Of a DNA stretch of 36,458 bases, positions 16,006 to 24,846 are shown in pieces (positions within the stretch are counted from its first letter, which is position 1; each line of letters starts with the position of its first letter). The notes beneath the pieces are model-generated. The model had not been told where the DNA came from. It did not search any database and saw nothing but the letters and a program-made list of their open reading frames with translations. The DNA comes from a virus. Its lineage: Duplodnaviria > Caudoviricetes. Made by a program: the position numbers and the translations under genes. The stretch is from positions 1 through 36,458 of the IMG/VR virus record IMGVR_UViG_3300027672_000033. One strand, 5' to 3'.

Positions 16006-18053
16006 AAAGACAAGTAACAGTAACAGAAAAATACAACGCCGTCCTAGAAGGGAATATGGCGAAGGGGGAGTTCGTTAGACAAATGCGTCTAAAGTTTCCT
16101 CAACTCTTAACTAACCTTAATGTATATGAGGATACAGTTCAGATATTAAAAAATAATAGTCTTATATCAGAAGTTGTGGACCCATTAATTGGTGCAGTAG
16201 TTTCAGACGAATCTATCAGAAGAGCTCTTGATATTGAATTAACAGCATTAGGTGCTGATCCTGTGACATGTAAAGACGGTGATATGATAGATAAAGCTAG
16301 AATCAAAGCTTTAGCAAATATTAAAAAAGATCCTTTGCATTACTATAACTTAATAGCAGGAGAATCTTCTAAAGTAGATAAGAATGATCAATCAAAGGAA
16401 ACTAAAAGAGGAGCTGGAGATATAGATGTTCATAACGGACTTAAAAAAGCAACATTACAAGAAGGACATCCAACACATGCAGACGGTACTCCAAAGTCAA
16501 ATGACGAAATGACTGATGATGAAAGAGAGAACTTCTATAACGACTTAGATGATGTATCTGAAAAAATGTCTGATGCTGATATGGATGCAGTAAAGAACTA
16601 CGAACCTGGAAGTATTAATTCTCAAAACCCTGCTGTATATAAACCAGGAGATATGTTTACTGCAGAATTTGACTTTGAGGGAATGCTAAAAGCAGGACTT
16701 AAGGTTAGACTAAATACCCCAGTAGAAACAATGCAATTAATCTTTGATTCTTTCGAAGATGTAAACTACCATAGTGAAGGAGAACATTTATCCTACGTTA
16801 TTGATGCTAAAATAGAAGGAGATAAAGAAGAGGCATTAAAGTACCTTAAGTCATTTAGAAAAGCAATACAGAAAACATTAAGCGAGCTATTTGAAGGAGT
16901 CTTTCCAATAAGAGAAAGAGAAGAGGGTTATGTATCTAGAGCAGATAGAAAAATTGCAGAGATACAAGTAACTGAAGCAGATCCAATACCAACTGAACCA
17001 GGTCAAACTAAAATAGGAGACGACGGTAAAGAGTATGGAGTTAGAGCTTCTAACCACGATAGAAAAATGGCTATGAGACAAGTTATTGACTTTCTAACTA
17101 TTGCAGGTCACCCAGAAACAGGTCATAAAGTTAGCAACGAAGAAGCATTATCATTTATTAAAACCCATAATCAGGATATATTCTCAGGAGATATAGATCC
17201 TCATAGTATTGAGGATGTATGGACGAATTATGATGAATTTGAAGCAGTTAATAGACCAAGTGAATCTACAATTGACGAAAGTAAGAGAAAGAAAACTAAA
17301 GGAGGTAAGATGGTTCAAGAAGCCGATTACGATACCGGAGGGTATGTAGAGTCTATGGGACCTAAATTTGATAAAGCTTGTGATACATTATCTAGAGCAT
17401 TTGGAGAATGGGCTGATGGACCAATGACTGAACCAGGAATGATCGAACCAGCTAAAAAAGATGTCGTACAGTACATTGATCAAAAGCTTACAGAGCAATT
17501 CTTAGAAGAAGCTATAGAAGAAAAGAAAGGTACAGATCATGACAAAGATGGAGACATCGATAGTGATGACTATATGGCCTCTAAAGATAAAGCAATTAAA
17601 GCTGCACTTAAAGAAAATGTTAAAGCTATAATTTCTAAAATTCTTACAGAAGATACTATCAACGAAGCAGCAACAGCTAAGCTATCCGATTGGGGAGCAG
17701 GGTATGAAAGTTTCGAAGGAGTTAAACCAGTAGTAAATGAATTAGAAAATATTGTAACAGAGCTTGAATCTTTTTACGATAGAATGAATGATAAAATTAG
17801 TAAGGCATTTGAGAAGACTAATAACTTTAAAAATGACGAAGGTTTAAACATAGGAGCATTTATTGCACCATCATTAGAAGCAGCATTCTTACAGGACTTA
17901 AGACCTATTAGAAAAAACTTCTTAAAAGGAGGAATTGCATTACCAAAGGTTAAAACAATTTCATCAGCAGAAATAAATCAAATGAAGGCAGACGGATTAG
18001 CAGAAGAGCCTAAATCTAATATATTTCAACCAGTAACAGACGTAAAGAGATAA
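16002..18053 (+). CDS. Modular acidic protein; putative prohead core/internal polyprotein
   Basis: 683 aa with LISE, LQEG, VSEK, VTEA, IDES, VQEA, LEEA, LKEN, INEA sites; EF-hand-like DHDKDGDIDSDD; directly upstream of the protease. Confidence 0.65.
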   Translation: MKRQVTVTEKYNAVLEGNMAKGEFVRQMRLKFPQLLTNLNVYEDTVQILKNNSLISEVVDPLIGAVVSDESIRRALDIELTALGADPVTCKDGDMIDKARIKALANIKKDPLHYYNLIAGESSKVDKNDQSKETKRGAGDIDVHNGLKKATLQEGHPTHADGTPKSNDEMTDDERENFYNDLDDVSEKMSDADMDAVKNYEPGSINSQNPAVYKPGDMFTAEFDFEGMLKAGLKVRLNTPVETMQLIFDSFEDVNYHSEGEHLSYVIDAKIEGDKEEALKYLKSFRKAIQKTLSELFEGVFPIREREEGYVSRADRKIAEIQVTEADPIPTEPGQTKIGDDGKEYGVRASNHDRKMAMRQVIDFLTIAGHPETGHKVSNEEALSFIKTHNQDIFSGDIDPHSIEDVWTNYDEFEAVNRPSESTIDESKRKKTKGGKMVQEADYDTGGYVESMGPKFDKACDTLSRAFGEWADGPMTEPGMIEPAKKDVVQYIDQKLTEQFLEEAIEEKKGTDHDKDGDIDSDDYMASKDKAIKAALKENVKAIISKILTEDTINEAATAKLSDWGAGYESFEGVKPVVNELENIVTELESFYDRMNDKISKAFEKTNNFKNDEGLNIGAFIAPSLEAAFLQDLRPIRKNFLKGGIALPKVKTISSAEINQMKADGLAEEPKSNIFQPVTDVKR

Positions 18054-18056
18054 CAA

Positions 18057-18638
18057 ATGGCACAATTATTAGTAGACGTTACACCGTTTAAATCAGTACT
18101 TAGAGAGTCTAAAGAAAGACCAGGAGTATTTGAAGTGGAAGGTGTTATGCAGAGAGCAAAAGCTCAAAACCAAAACGGAAGAGTTTACGCTAAACCTATT
18201 TTAGAAAGAGAGTCTAAGAAGTATACAGAAGAGTTTGTTAATAATGGTAATGCTTTTGGAGAACTAGATCATCCAGAATCTCCAGTAGTATCTCTTAAAA
18301 ATGCTTCCCACATCGTAAAAAAATTATGGTGGAAAGGCGACGATTTAATGGGACGTGTTGAGCTTCTCAATACACCTGCAGGAAATATAGTAAAAGAAAT
18401 AATTAAAGCTGGTCATACTATTGGTATCTCTTCTAGAGGAACAGGTTCAGTAGAACAAACTAATGAAGGTACTTTAGAGGTACAGCCTGACTTTGAATTA
18501 GTATGTTGGGACTTTGTATCTAATCCATCTACACATGGAGCATTTATGAACCCAATTGCACTTCAAGAAGGTACTAAAGTTAAACTTTCAAAATACTCTA
18601 GCATAGACTCAGTTATCAACGATATACTAAGAGCATAA
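18057..18638 (+). CDS. gp21: Prohead core protease (T4 gp21-like)
   Basis: NQNGRVY, GELDHP, SLKNASH, GISSRGTGS, WDFVSNPS motifs. Confidence 0.93.
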   Translation: MAQLLVDVTPFKSVLRESKERPGVFEVEGVMQRAKAQNQNGRVYAKPILERESKKYTEEFVNNGNAFGELDHPESPVVSLKNASHIVKKLWWKGDDLMGRVELLNTPAGNIVKEIIKAGHTIGISSRGTGSVEQTNEGTLEVQPDFELVCWDFVSNPSTHGAFMNPIALQEGTKVKLSKYSSIDSVINDILRA

Positions 18639-19183
18639 TGAAGCTGATAAAAGTCTTATTAGAGTCTCCAGTAAACGAAATAGAAAACTTTTCTGGAATA
18701 GCAGCTGCTATAGAGAAGGAACTAGAGGATAAGGATATTCAACAAGACGGAGAAGCTAATGAAGCAGTCGGTATATTAGGTATATTAAGCTATATCCTGC
18801 TTTCAAATACAATAGCCCATATGATATCATCTATGGCAAAGAAAATAGCTAAGAAACAGGGTTGGAGTGCAACAGAGGATATAGCAACAAAAATTTACGA
18901 CTGGACTCATAAAAACGAACAGGCTTTTATGTCTCCAATAAAAAGAGTACTATCAGTTGTAATGATAGGCCCAACTAAAAAATATATAGATCCAGTAACT
19001 AAAGGACTTTACGCTATCTTTATTTTCTTCTTAGCAGGACAATATGGAGGAGCAGCATTAGATGCAGTAAAAAATTCTCAATGGGGTGGAACTATATTTA
19101 ACTCACTTAAGTCCCTAGTAAAAGGTAAAGAAGTACATACTCTATTTAGAGGTATACTAAACGATATCGGCATACTAGGTTAA
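18638..19183 (+). CDS. Hypothetical membrane protein
   Basis: Hydrophobic AVGILGILSYILLSNTIAHMI and GLYAIFIFFLAG segments; leader MKLIKVLLES; TAATG coupling to the protease gene. Confidence 0.7.
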   Translation: MKLIKVLLESPVNEIENFSGIAAAIEKELEDKDIQQDGEANEAVGILGILSYILLSNTIAHMISSMAKKIAKKQGWSATEDIATKIYDWTHKNEQAFMSPIKRVLSVVMIGPTKKYIDPVTKGLYAIFIFFLAGQYGGAALDAVKNSQWGGTIFNSLKSLVKGKEVHTLFRGILNDIGILG

Positions 19184-19221
19184 GACAATTCCTCGGACGC
19201 TACCGACGGGCAGGAAAAGTT

Positions 19222-19252
19222 AACCATCTTTTATAGGTGGTTTTCTTGTTTT
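19222..19252 (+). terminator. Probable intrinsic terminator
   Basis: Stem AACCATCT/AGGTGGTT (one G-U pair), 5-nt loop, followed by TTCTTGTTTT. Confidence 0.6.
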
Positions 19253-19266
19253 TAGTATTTAGTATA

Positions 19267-19274
19267 TATTTATA
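19267..19274 (+). promoter_or_regulatory. TATTTATA putative late promoter for scaffold and MCP
   Basis: Follows the terminator and sits within the inverted repeat GTATATA-TT-TATATAC (19262-19277). Confidence 0.6.
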
Positions 19275-19368
19275 TACGAATATGCAATCTCTATATTGCA
19301 TCATATATTTTTATAACTTCATATTATAGCTTTACAGTAGCTATACGAAACCCACAAAAATTTAAAAA

Positions 19369-20460
19369 ATGGCAAACAAAGATTTATTCAAGCAAGCAAT
19401 TGCTGAAGCTAAATCCGTACGTGAAGCCGCTATTGCTAATGCTAAGGAGGCTTTAGAGGAAACTCTAACACCACACCTTAAAGACATGTTAGCTGCTAAA
19501 CTACAGGAAATGGAAGACAAAGAGGATTCCAAAGACGAAGTAGTAGCAGAAGCTCCTGCAAAGGAAGATGACAAAAAGCATGACAAAGACGAAGCAGTAA
19601 GCGAAACACTTACAGATGTATCAACACCAGTAGACGAAGCAGAGGACGACTCAGAAGAATCTGATGACGAAGCAGCAATCGAAACTCCAGAAGATGAAGC
19701 ACCAGAAATGGATGCAGAAATCGAAGGAGAAGAAGAAATTGATGGAGACGAAGACTTATCTAAGTTATCAGTTGACCAATTCAAAGACATGATCAGAGAC
19801 ATAATAGCTCAAGAAGTAGGCGCAGACGCTGAAGTTGGAGCTGATATGGATGCTGGTGATATCGAAGGAATGGGAGACGAACCTTCATTAGAAGAACCAG
19901 GTATGGAAGGTGAACCAGAAATGGATGCACCTGAAGAAGACGAAATCGACCTTGATGAATTACTCAGAGAGTTAGATGCAGTCGATGTAGATGAAGCACA
20001 CAAAGAAGATGAAGATGAAGATCCTATTGAAGAAGATACTTCAGTAGAAGTTCCTCATACTCCAGAAGCTGAAGGTAAAAACATCAACAGAACTGTTAAC
20101 GAAAGCGATTTAAACGAAGCAATGGAAACTATCGATACTCTTAGAAAAGAGCTAAGCGAAGTAAACATTCTTAATGCTAAATTACTTTATGTTAATAAGA
20201 TCTTCAAGGCGAACAACCTTACTGAATCTCAAAAAGTAAATGTTATCGCTGCTTTTGATAAAGCAGAAACAGTTAAAGAAGTTAAATTAGTATTCGAAAC
20301 TGTTGTAGATAATGTAGGAAGTAAAAAAGTTAATACTGTAAAAGAACACAGAGGATCTGCTAGTAAAGCAACTGGAGTTACTGCTTCTAATAAAGAAGTA
20401 ATAACAGAAGTATCATCTGCCGTTCTTAGAATGCAGAAATTAGCCGGTATAATTAAATAA
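19369..20460 (+). CDS. Prohead scaffolding/core protein (T4 gp22-like by position)
   Basis: Very acidic centre, coiled-coil ends, C-terminal RMQKLAGI; directly upstream of MCP. Confidence 0.8.
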   Translation: MANKDLFKQAIAEAKSVREAAIANAKEALEETLTPHLKDMLAAKLQEMEDKEDSKDEVVAEAPAKEDDKKHDKDEAVSETLTDVSTPVDEAEDDSEESDDEAAIETPEDEAPEMDAEIEGEEEIDGDEDLSKLSVDQFKDMIRDIIAQEVGADAEVGADMDAGDIEGMGDEPSLEEPGMEGEPEMDAPEEDEIDLDELLRELDAVDVDEAHKEDEDEDPIEEDTSVEVPHTPEAEGKNINRTVNESDLNEAMETIDTLRKELSEVNILNAKLLYVNKIFKANNLTESQKVNVIAAFDKAETVKEVKLVFETVVDNVGSKKVNTVKEHRGSASKATGVTASNKEVITEVSSAVLRMQKLAGIIK

Positions 20461-20487
20461 CTAACAATAAAAAAACACAATTAAATC

Positions 20488-22086
20488 ATGGAAATTAATT
20501 CATTATTAGAAAGTGCGAATGGATACAAAAGCTTACAAGCTGATTCTACTCGCCTTAGCGAAAAATGGGGAGCTTCTGGACTACTTGAAGGTTTAGGTGA
20601 AAAAGAATCTGCTAATATGGCAATGATTCTTGAAAACCAAGCTAAACAAATTGTAGCTGAAGCTAACGTAAACACATCTGGCGGAGCTGGATTCTCAGCA
20701 GGAGCTGGAGAAACTTGGGCTGGTGTTGCTTTACCCTTAGTAAGAAAGGTATTTGCTCAAATCGTTGCACAAGATTTCGTATCTGTACAACCAATGAACT
20801 TACCTTCAGGTCTGGTATTTTACCTAGACTTTAAATACGGAACTGCAAACGGTGCAAAAGCCGACGGAGACAACATGTACGGAAACGTAACAGAAGGCGC
20901 TACCAAAATGGTAAAAGACGCTGATGTTTCAGGTGGTATGTACGGTGCAGGTCAATTTGGATACTCTATCAACGGAGTAGAAAAAAGTGATATCGTTGTA
21001 ACAACAGCTTCAGCTTCTTTAGCAGATGTTGGATATGATGCAGGAATCACTTTAACAGACTTTACAAAAGTAACATTTGATCTTTCAGGATCTAGTGCAG
21101 ACTTTAAAGGATCTCGTGCTTTTAGAGCATACTCTGGATCTTCTGACGTTACTACTAACCCAGAATGGACTACAGTATCAGGAACGCAAGTTTCTTTCGT
21201 AGTAGGTGAAGGAACTGGTGGTATTAGTTCAGCAGTAGATATCAATGGAACAACACAGAAGATTTCATTCTTCAAACAACCAACTGATAACACAAGAGGT
21301 GACTTTGAAGCAGTAGGATCAGCAGCAGTTGAAAACCTAGGTATTCCAGAAATCGATGTTAAATTACAATCTGAAGCGATTGTTGCTAAGACTAGAAAGT
21401 TAAAGGCACAATGGACTCCAGAATTTGCTCAAGATCTTAACGCATACCACAGTATTGATGCTGAGGCTGAGTTAACTTCTTTATTGAGTGAATATATTTC
21501 AATGGAAATCGACTTAGAAATTCTTGACATGCTTATCTTAGATGCTAACACAACTGAGAAATGGTCTGCAGAGAACAACAAAGTATGGACAGGATCAGCT
21601 TGGTCTGATTCAACTTCTGACTTCTATAATACTCAAGGACAATGGTTCCAAACATTAGGAACTAAAATCCAAAAAGTATCTAACAAGATTCACCAGAAAA
21701 CATTAAGAGGTGGTGCAAACTTCCTAGTATGTTCTCCAACTGTAGCTACAATCTTAGAATCTATTCCAGGATATGCAGCAGCAACAAACGGTGATCAGGA
21801 TCAATTTGCAATGGGCGTACAAAAAGTAGGTGCATTAAACAACAGATTCCAAGTATACAAGAACCCTTATATGACTGAAAACACATTGTTATTAGGATAT
21901 AGAGGAACTCAATTCTTAGAAGCTGGTGCAGTATATGCTCCTTACGTACCATTAATGATGACTCCATTAGTATACGATCCAGAATCTTTTACTCCAAGAA
22001 AAGGTTTAATGACTCGTTATGCTAAGAAAATGATCAGACCAGAATTTTACGGTAAGATACATATTTCTGACTTAGCGCAGATCTAA
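20488..22086 (+). CDS. gp23: Major capsid protein (T4 gp23-like)
   Basis: LPLVRKVF, VSVQPMNLPSGLVFYL, AKTRKLKAQWTPEFAQDLNAYHSIDAEAEL, YAPYVPL, FTPRKGLMTRYA. Confidence 0.96.
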   Translation: MEINSLLESANGYKSLQADSTRLSEKWGASGLLEGLGEKESANMAMILENQAKQIVAEANVNTSGGAGFSAGAGETWAGVALPLVRKVFAQIVAQDFVSVQPMNLPSGLVFYLDFKYGTANGAKADGDNMYGNVTEGATKMVKDADVSGGMYGAGQFGYSINGVEKSDIVVTTASASLADVGYDAGITLTDFTKVTFDLSGSSADFKGSRAFRAYSGSSDVTTNPEWTTVSGTQVSFVVGEGTGGISSAVDINGTTQKISFFKQPTDNTRGDFEAVGSAAVENLGIPEIDVKLQSEAIVAKTRKLKAQWTPEFAQDLNAYHSIDAEAELTSLLSEYISMEIDLEILDMLILDANTTEKWSAENNKVWTGSAWSDSTSDFYNTQGQWFQTLGTKIQKVSNKIHQKTLRGGANFLVCSPTVATILESIPGYAAATNGDQDQFAMGVQKVGALNNRFQVYKNPYMTENTLLLGYRGTQFLEAGAVYAPYVPLMMTPLVYDPESFTPRKGLMTRYAKKMIRPEFYGKIHISDLAQI

Positions 22087-22108
22087 TCATCATATATGAT
22101 TAAGTATT

Positions 22109-22135
22109 AAGAGAGGCCTTCGGGCCTCTTTTTTT
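22109..22135 (+). terminator. Intrinsic terminator with C(UUCG)G tetraloop
   Basis: AGAGGCC-TTCG-GGCCTCT followed by a T run, just downstream of the MCP stop. Confidence 0.92.
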
Positions 22136-22172
22136 ATGTTCGATAAGTAGGAGCTTAATTATTATTATCGGA

Positions 22173-22180
22173 TATTTATA
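22173..22180 (+). promoter_or_regulatory. TATTTATA putative late promoter
   Basis: Between the MCP terminator and the phoH start. Confidence 0.6.
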
Positions 22181-22206
22181 TAAACAAACATAAAACGTTA
22201 TTAAAT

Positions 22207-22893
22207 ATGCCTTCAAAGCACCACACCGACGATGTTTTCACTCAAAAGAGAAGACCTAAGAATCCAATTAAATTTAACGTACAACTAAACGACGAACAAA
22301 AAGAAGCAAAAGCAAAGATACTGAACTCACCTATTACCGTATTAAAAGGTATGGCAGGTTCAGGTAAGACATTGGTAGCAACTCAAGTCGCTTTAGACCT
22401 ATTATTTACTAAACAGATAGACAAGGTTGTTATCACAAGACCTACGGTGTCTAAAGAAGATATAGGGTTCTTACCAGGAAACATTAAGGAGAAGATGGAC
22501 CCTTGGTTAGCACCAATTTATCACAATTTATTTATGTTGTACAATAAAGAAAAAGTACAGAAGCTATTAGACGATGAAACAATCGAAATAGTTCCATTTG
22601 CTTTTTTAAGAGGTAGAACGTTTCTAAATTCTCTTGTAATAGTTGATGAAGCTCAGAACGTTACTCATACTCAGATGGAAACTGTTATAGGTAGATTAGG
22701 AAAAAGTTCTAAAATGGTAATATGTGGAGATCTAGGGCAGATTGATTTAAAAGATAAGAGAGAAACTGGTTTTTCTTTTCTAACTAGACTAGAAGAAAAC
22801 GTTGAAGGGTTCGTTACTCACTCACTTCAAAGAAATCATCGACATGATATAGTTTCACCTATCCTCGAAGTATATAAAACCTTCAGAGAATAA
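22207..22893 (+). CDS. phoH: PhoH-family ATPase
   Basis: GMAGSGKT, ITRP, GFLPG, FLRGRTF, VDEAQN, GDLGQID, HRH. Confidence 0.95.
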   Translation: MPSKHHTDDVFTQKRRPKNPIKFNVQLNDEQKEAKAKILNSPITVLKGMAGSGKTLVATQVALDLLFTKQIDKVVITRPTVSKEDIGFLPGNIKEKMDPWLAPIYHNLFMLYNKEKVQKLLDDETIEIVPFAFLRGRTFLNSLVIVDEAQNVTHTQMETVIGRLGKSSKMVICGDLGQIDLKDKRETGFSFLTRLEENVEGFVTHSLQRNHRHDIVSPILEVYKTFRE

Positions 22894-22897
22894 CTAC

Positions 22898-22905
22898 TAT
22901 TTATA
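22898..22905 (+). promoter_or_regulatory. TATTTATA putative late promoter
   Basis: Lies in the gap before ATG 22920. Confidence 0.6.
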
Positions 22906-22919
22906 ATAAACACTCTTAA

Positions 22920-24062
22920 ATGGCAAATATCAAAACATGGGACGGATCAGCAACGTTTACAGCAGGACAGACTCCTTTCGGCTTTTACGACGGTGATTCT
23001 AACTTCCAAGCCGACGCAGTAAAGGTATCTAAATTTTGTGGAACAAGATTAGGCTACCCTTTGATGGATGTAGAGTTACAATCTGGATCTTTCTTTGCCT
23101 GTTTTGAGGAAGCAGTAACTACTTACGGAAATGAAGTCTTTCAATATAAGATTCGAGAAAACTACCTTAATATGGAAGGCTCTCCAACAGGTAGCTCTGT
23201 TAATAACCTAGTTATGGATGCTGGACTTGAAAGAATCGTAGGTATATCAAGACATTACGGAACAGAAGCAGAAGTAGGAGGTAATGTTACTAGATATTCT
23301 GGATCTTTAAATATAACCGCATCAGTACAGTCCTACGATATGGATGCTTGGGCACTTGCCGAAGGAATTACAGGAAGTATTGAAGTAAGAAAAGTATATT
23401 ACGAAGCACCACCAGCTATACAGAGATACTTTGACCCTTATGCAGGTACAGGTACAGGTATACAGTCAATGATGTCACAATTTGGCTTTGGACAGTTTAG
23501 TCCCGGTATTAACTTTATGTTAATGCCTACTTCATACGATGTAATGTTATTACAGGGTATAGAGTTTAATGATCAAATAAGAAAATCAGCATTTACTTTT
23601 GAATTAGTCAACAATCACTTAAAAGTATTCCCAGTACCCCCTACTGCAGGTAAAATGTGGTTTGAATACTATAGGACTGATGACAAAAATAGATTAACTA
23701 CATCTTATGAGACAGGTAATATAACTAATGTAGCAGAAGTGCCATATTCAAATCCAACGTACTTACAAATCAATAGTGTTGGACGACAATGGATCTTTAA
23801 ATATACATTATGTTTAGCTAAAGAAATGCTAGCTTATATTAGAGGTAAATACCAAGTAGTTCCAGTACCCGGGTCAGAAGCAACTTTAAATCAAGCTGAT
23901 TTATTAGCAGATGCAAGAACAGAAAATATAGCCTTAATGACTAACTTACGTGAGATGTTAGATATGACTTCTAGAGGTAAACAGTTAGAGGCACAAGCTA
24001 AAGAAGCTGAAGACTTACAGAACACGTTAAAATCGGTTCCAATGACAATATACATAGGGTAA
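22920..24062 (+). CDS. Neck/head-tail adaptor protein (T4 gp13-like)
   Basis: RLGYPLMDVEL near the N-terminus, WIFKYTLCLAKEML...RGKY...PG...TLN, terminal IYIG. Confidence 0.75.
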   Translation: MANIKTWDGSATFTAGQTPFGFYDGDSNFQADAVKVSKFCGTRLGYPLMDVELQSGSFFACFEEAVTTYGNEVFQYKIRENYLNMEGSPTGSSVNNLVMDAGLERIVGISRHYGTEAEVGGNVTRYSGSLNITASVQSYDMDAWALAEGITGSIEVRKVYYEAPPAIQRYFDPYAGTGTGIQSMMSQFGFGQFSPGINFMLMPTSYDVMLLQGIEFNDQIRKSAFTFELVNNHLKVFPVPPTAGKMWFEYYRTDDKNRLTTSYETGNITNVAEVPYSNPTYLQINSVGRQWIFKYTLCLAKEMLAYIRGKYQVVPVPGSEATLNQADLLADARTENIALMTNLREMLDMTSRGKQLEAQAKEAEDLQNTLKSVPMTIYIG

Positions 24063-24361
24063 TGAAATTAATTCCATTAATATTAGAAATAGAGTACAGA
24101 ACCTTTGAAGCAATGATCAAAGTACAGTTTGGTGAGGAAGGTACATCCGGGTATGATGATGCTATTAGAGCATTACCTGGAGTTACTACAGTAACAGTAG
24201 CTTCAGAAGGAGGAGAAGGATCAATTGCTACATATAAAGTTAAGATTATTAGTCAAAAAGAAGCTATAGAAGCTTTTGCATCTTTTAAAGAGACTGCTAA
24301 AGCCAAGTACAGTAACATTATCTCAGTAGAGGTAGGAGAACAAACAATAGAAGAAAAATAA
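24062..24361 (+). CDS. Small hypothetical protein, possible ACT/ferredoxin-like fold
   Basis: Alternating beta/alpha pattern with IRALPGVTTV; leader MKLIPLILE; TAATG coupling on both sides. Confidence 0.6.
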   Translation: MKLIPLILEIEYRTFEAMIKVQFGEEGTSGYDDAIRALPGVTTVTVASEGGEGSIATYKVKIISQKEAIEAFASFKETAKAKYSNIISVEVGEQTIEEK

Positions 24362-24846
24362 TGATATTCGGATCGGGTAGAGACTTTAACTTATTGGTTA
24401 ATATTAACAGAGAACTATTACATGACGTAATAGCACAGGAAGTATTATACCATAAACTAAGCATTGAAGACTCAGAAACAAACCTTTATGGAGAATCAAT
24501 GGCGAAGTCTTTTTGGAATGCAGTTAAATTAAACTGTCTTATTACTAGAGGAGACCAAGTAGTAGATATTCAAGAGTTTGGACCAGATTTAGGTAGAGAA
24601 GCATCATTTGCTTTTTTAAGACCTGATTTAGAAGATATAAATGTATTACCTGAAGTAGGAGACATAGTACAATGGCAAGAAGACTTCTATGAAGTAGATA
24701 CAGTAAAAGAAAATACGTTATTTTTAGGGAGAGACAGTAAGTATAACCTTTCATCCTCTACATCTGGTTTTGGCAGCTCACTAAGTATAATTGTAGACTG
24801 TCATTTAACTAGAGCAGACAAGGTTGGAATATCAACAGTTAGATAA
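24361..24846 (+). CDS. Head-closure/neck protein (T4 gp14-like)
   Basis: TNLYGES, FGPD, PEVGDIV, FYEV motifs; position after the gp13-like gene. Confidence 0.65.
   Translation: MIFGSGRDFNLLVNINRELLHDVIAQEVLYHKLSIEDSETNLYGESMAKSFWNAVKLNCLITRGDQVVDIQEFGPDLGREASFAFLRPDLEDINVLPEVGDIVQWQEDFYEVDTVKENTLFLGRDSKYNLSSSTSGFGSSLSIIVDCHLTRADKVGISTVR

Noticed and set aside
11395-22086. Inteins or introns in terminase, portal or MCP
   Set aside because: Lengths are ordinary, motifs are contiguous, and I see no intein or homing-endonuclease motifs inside them.
22084-22102. TAATCAT-CATAT-ATGATTA inverted repeat at the MCP stop
   Set aside because: AT-rich and weak, plausible by chance; the adjacent UUCG terminator explains the region.
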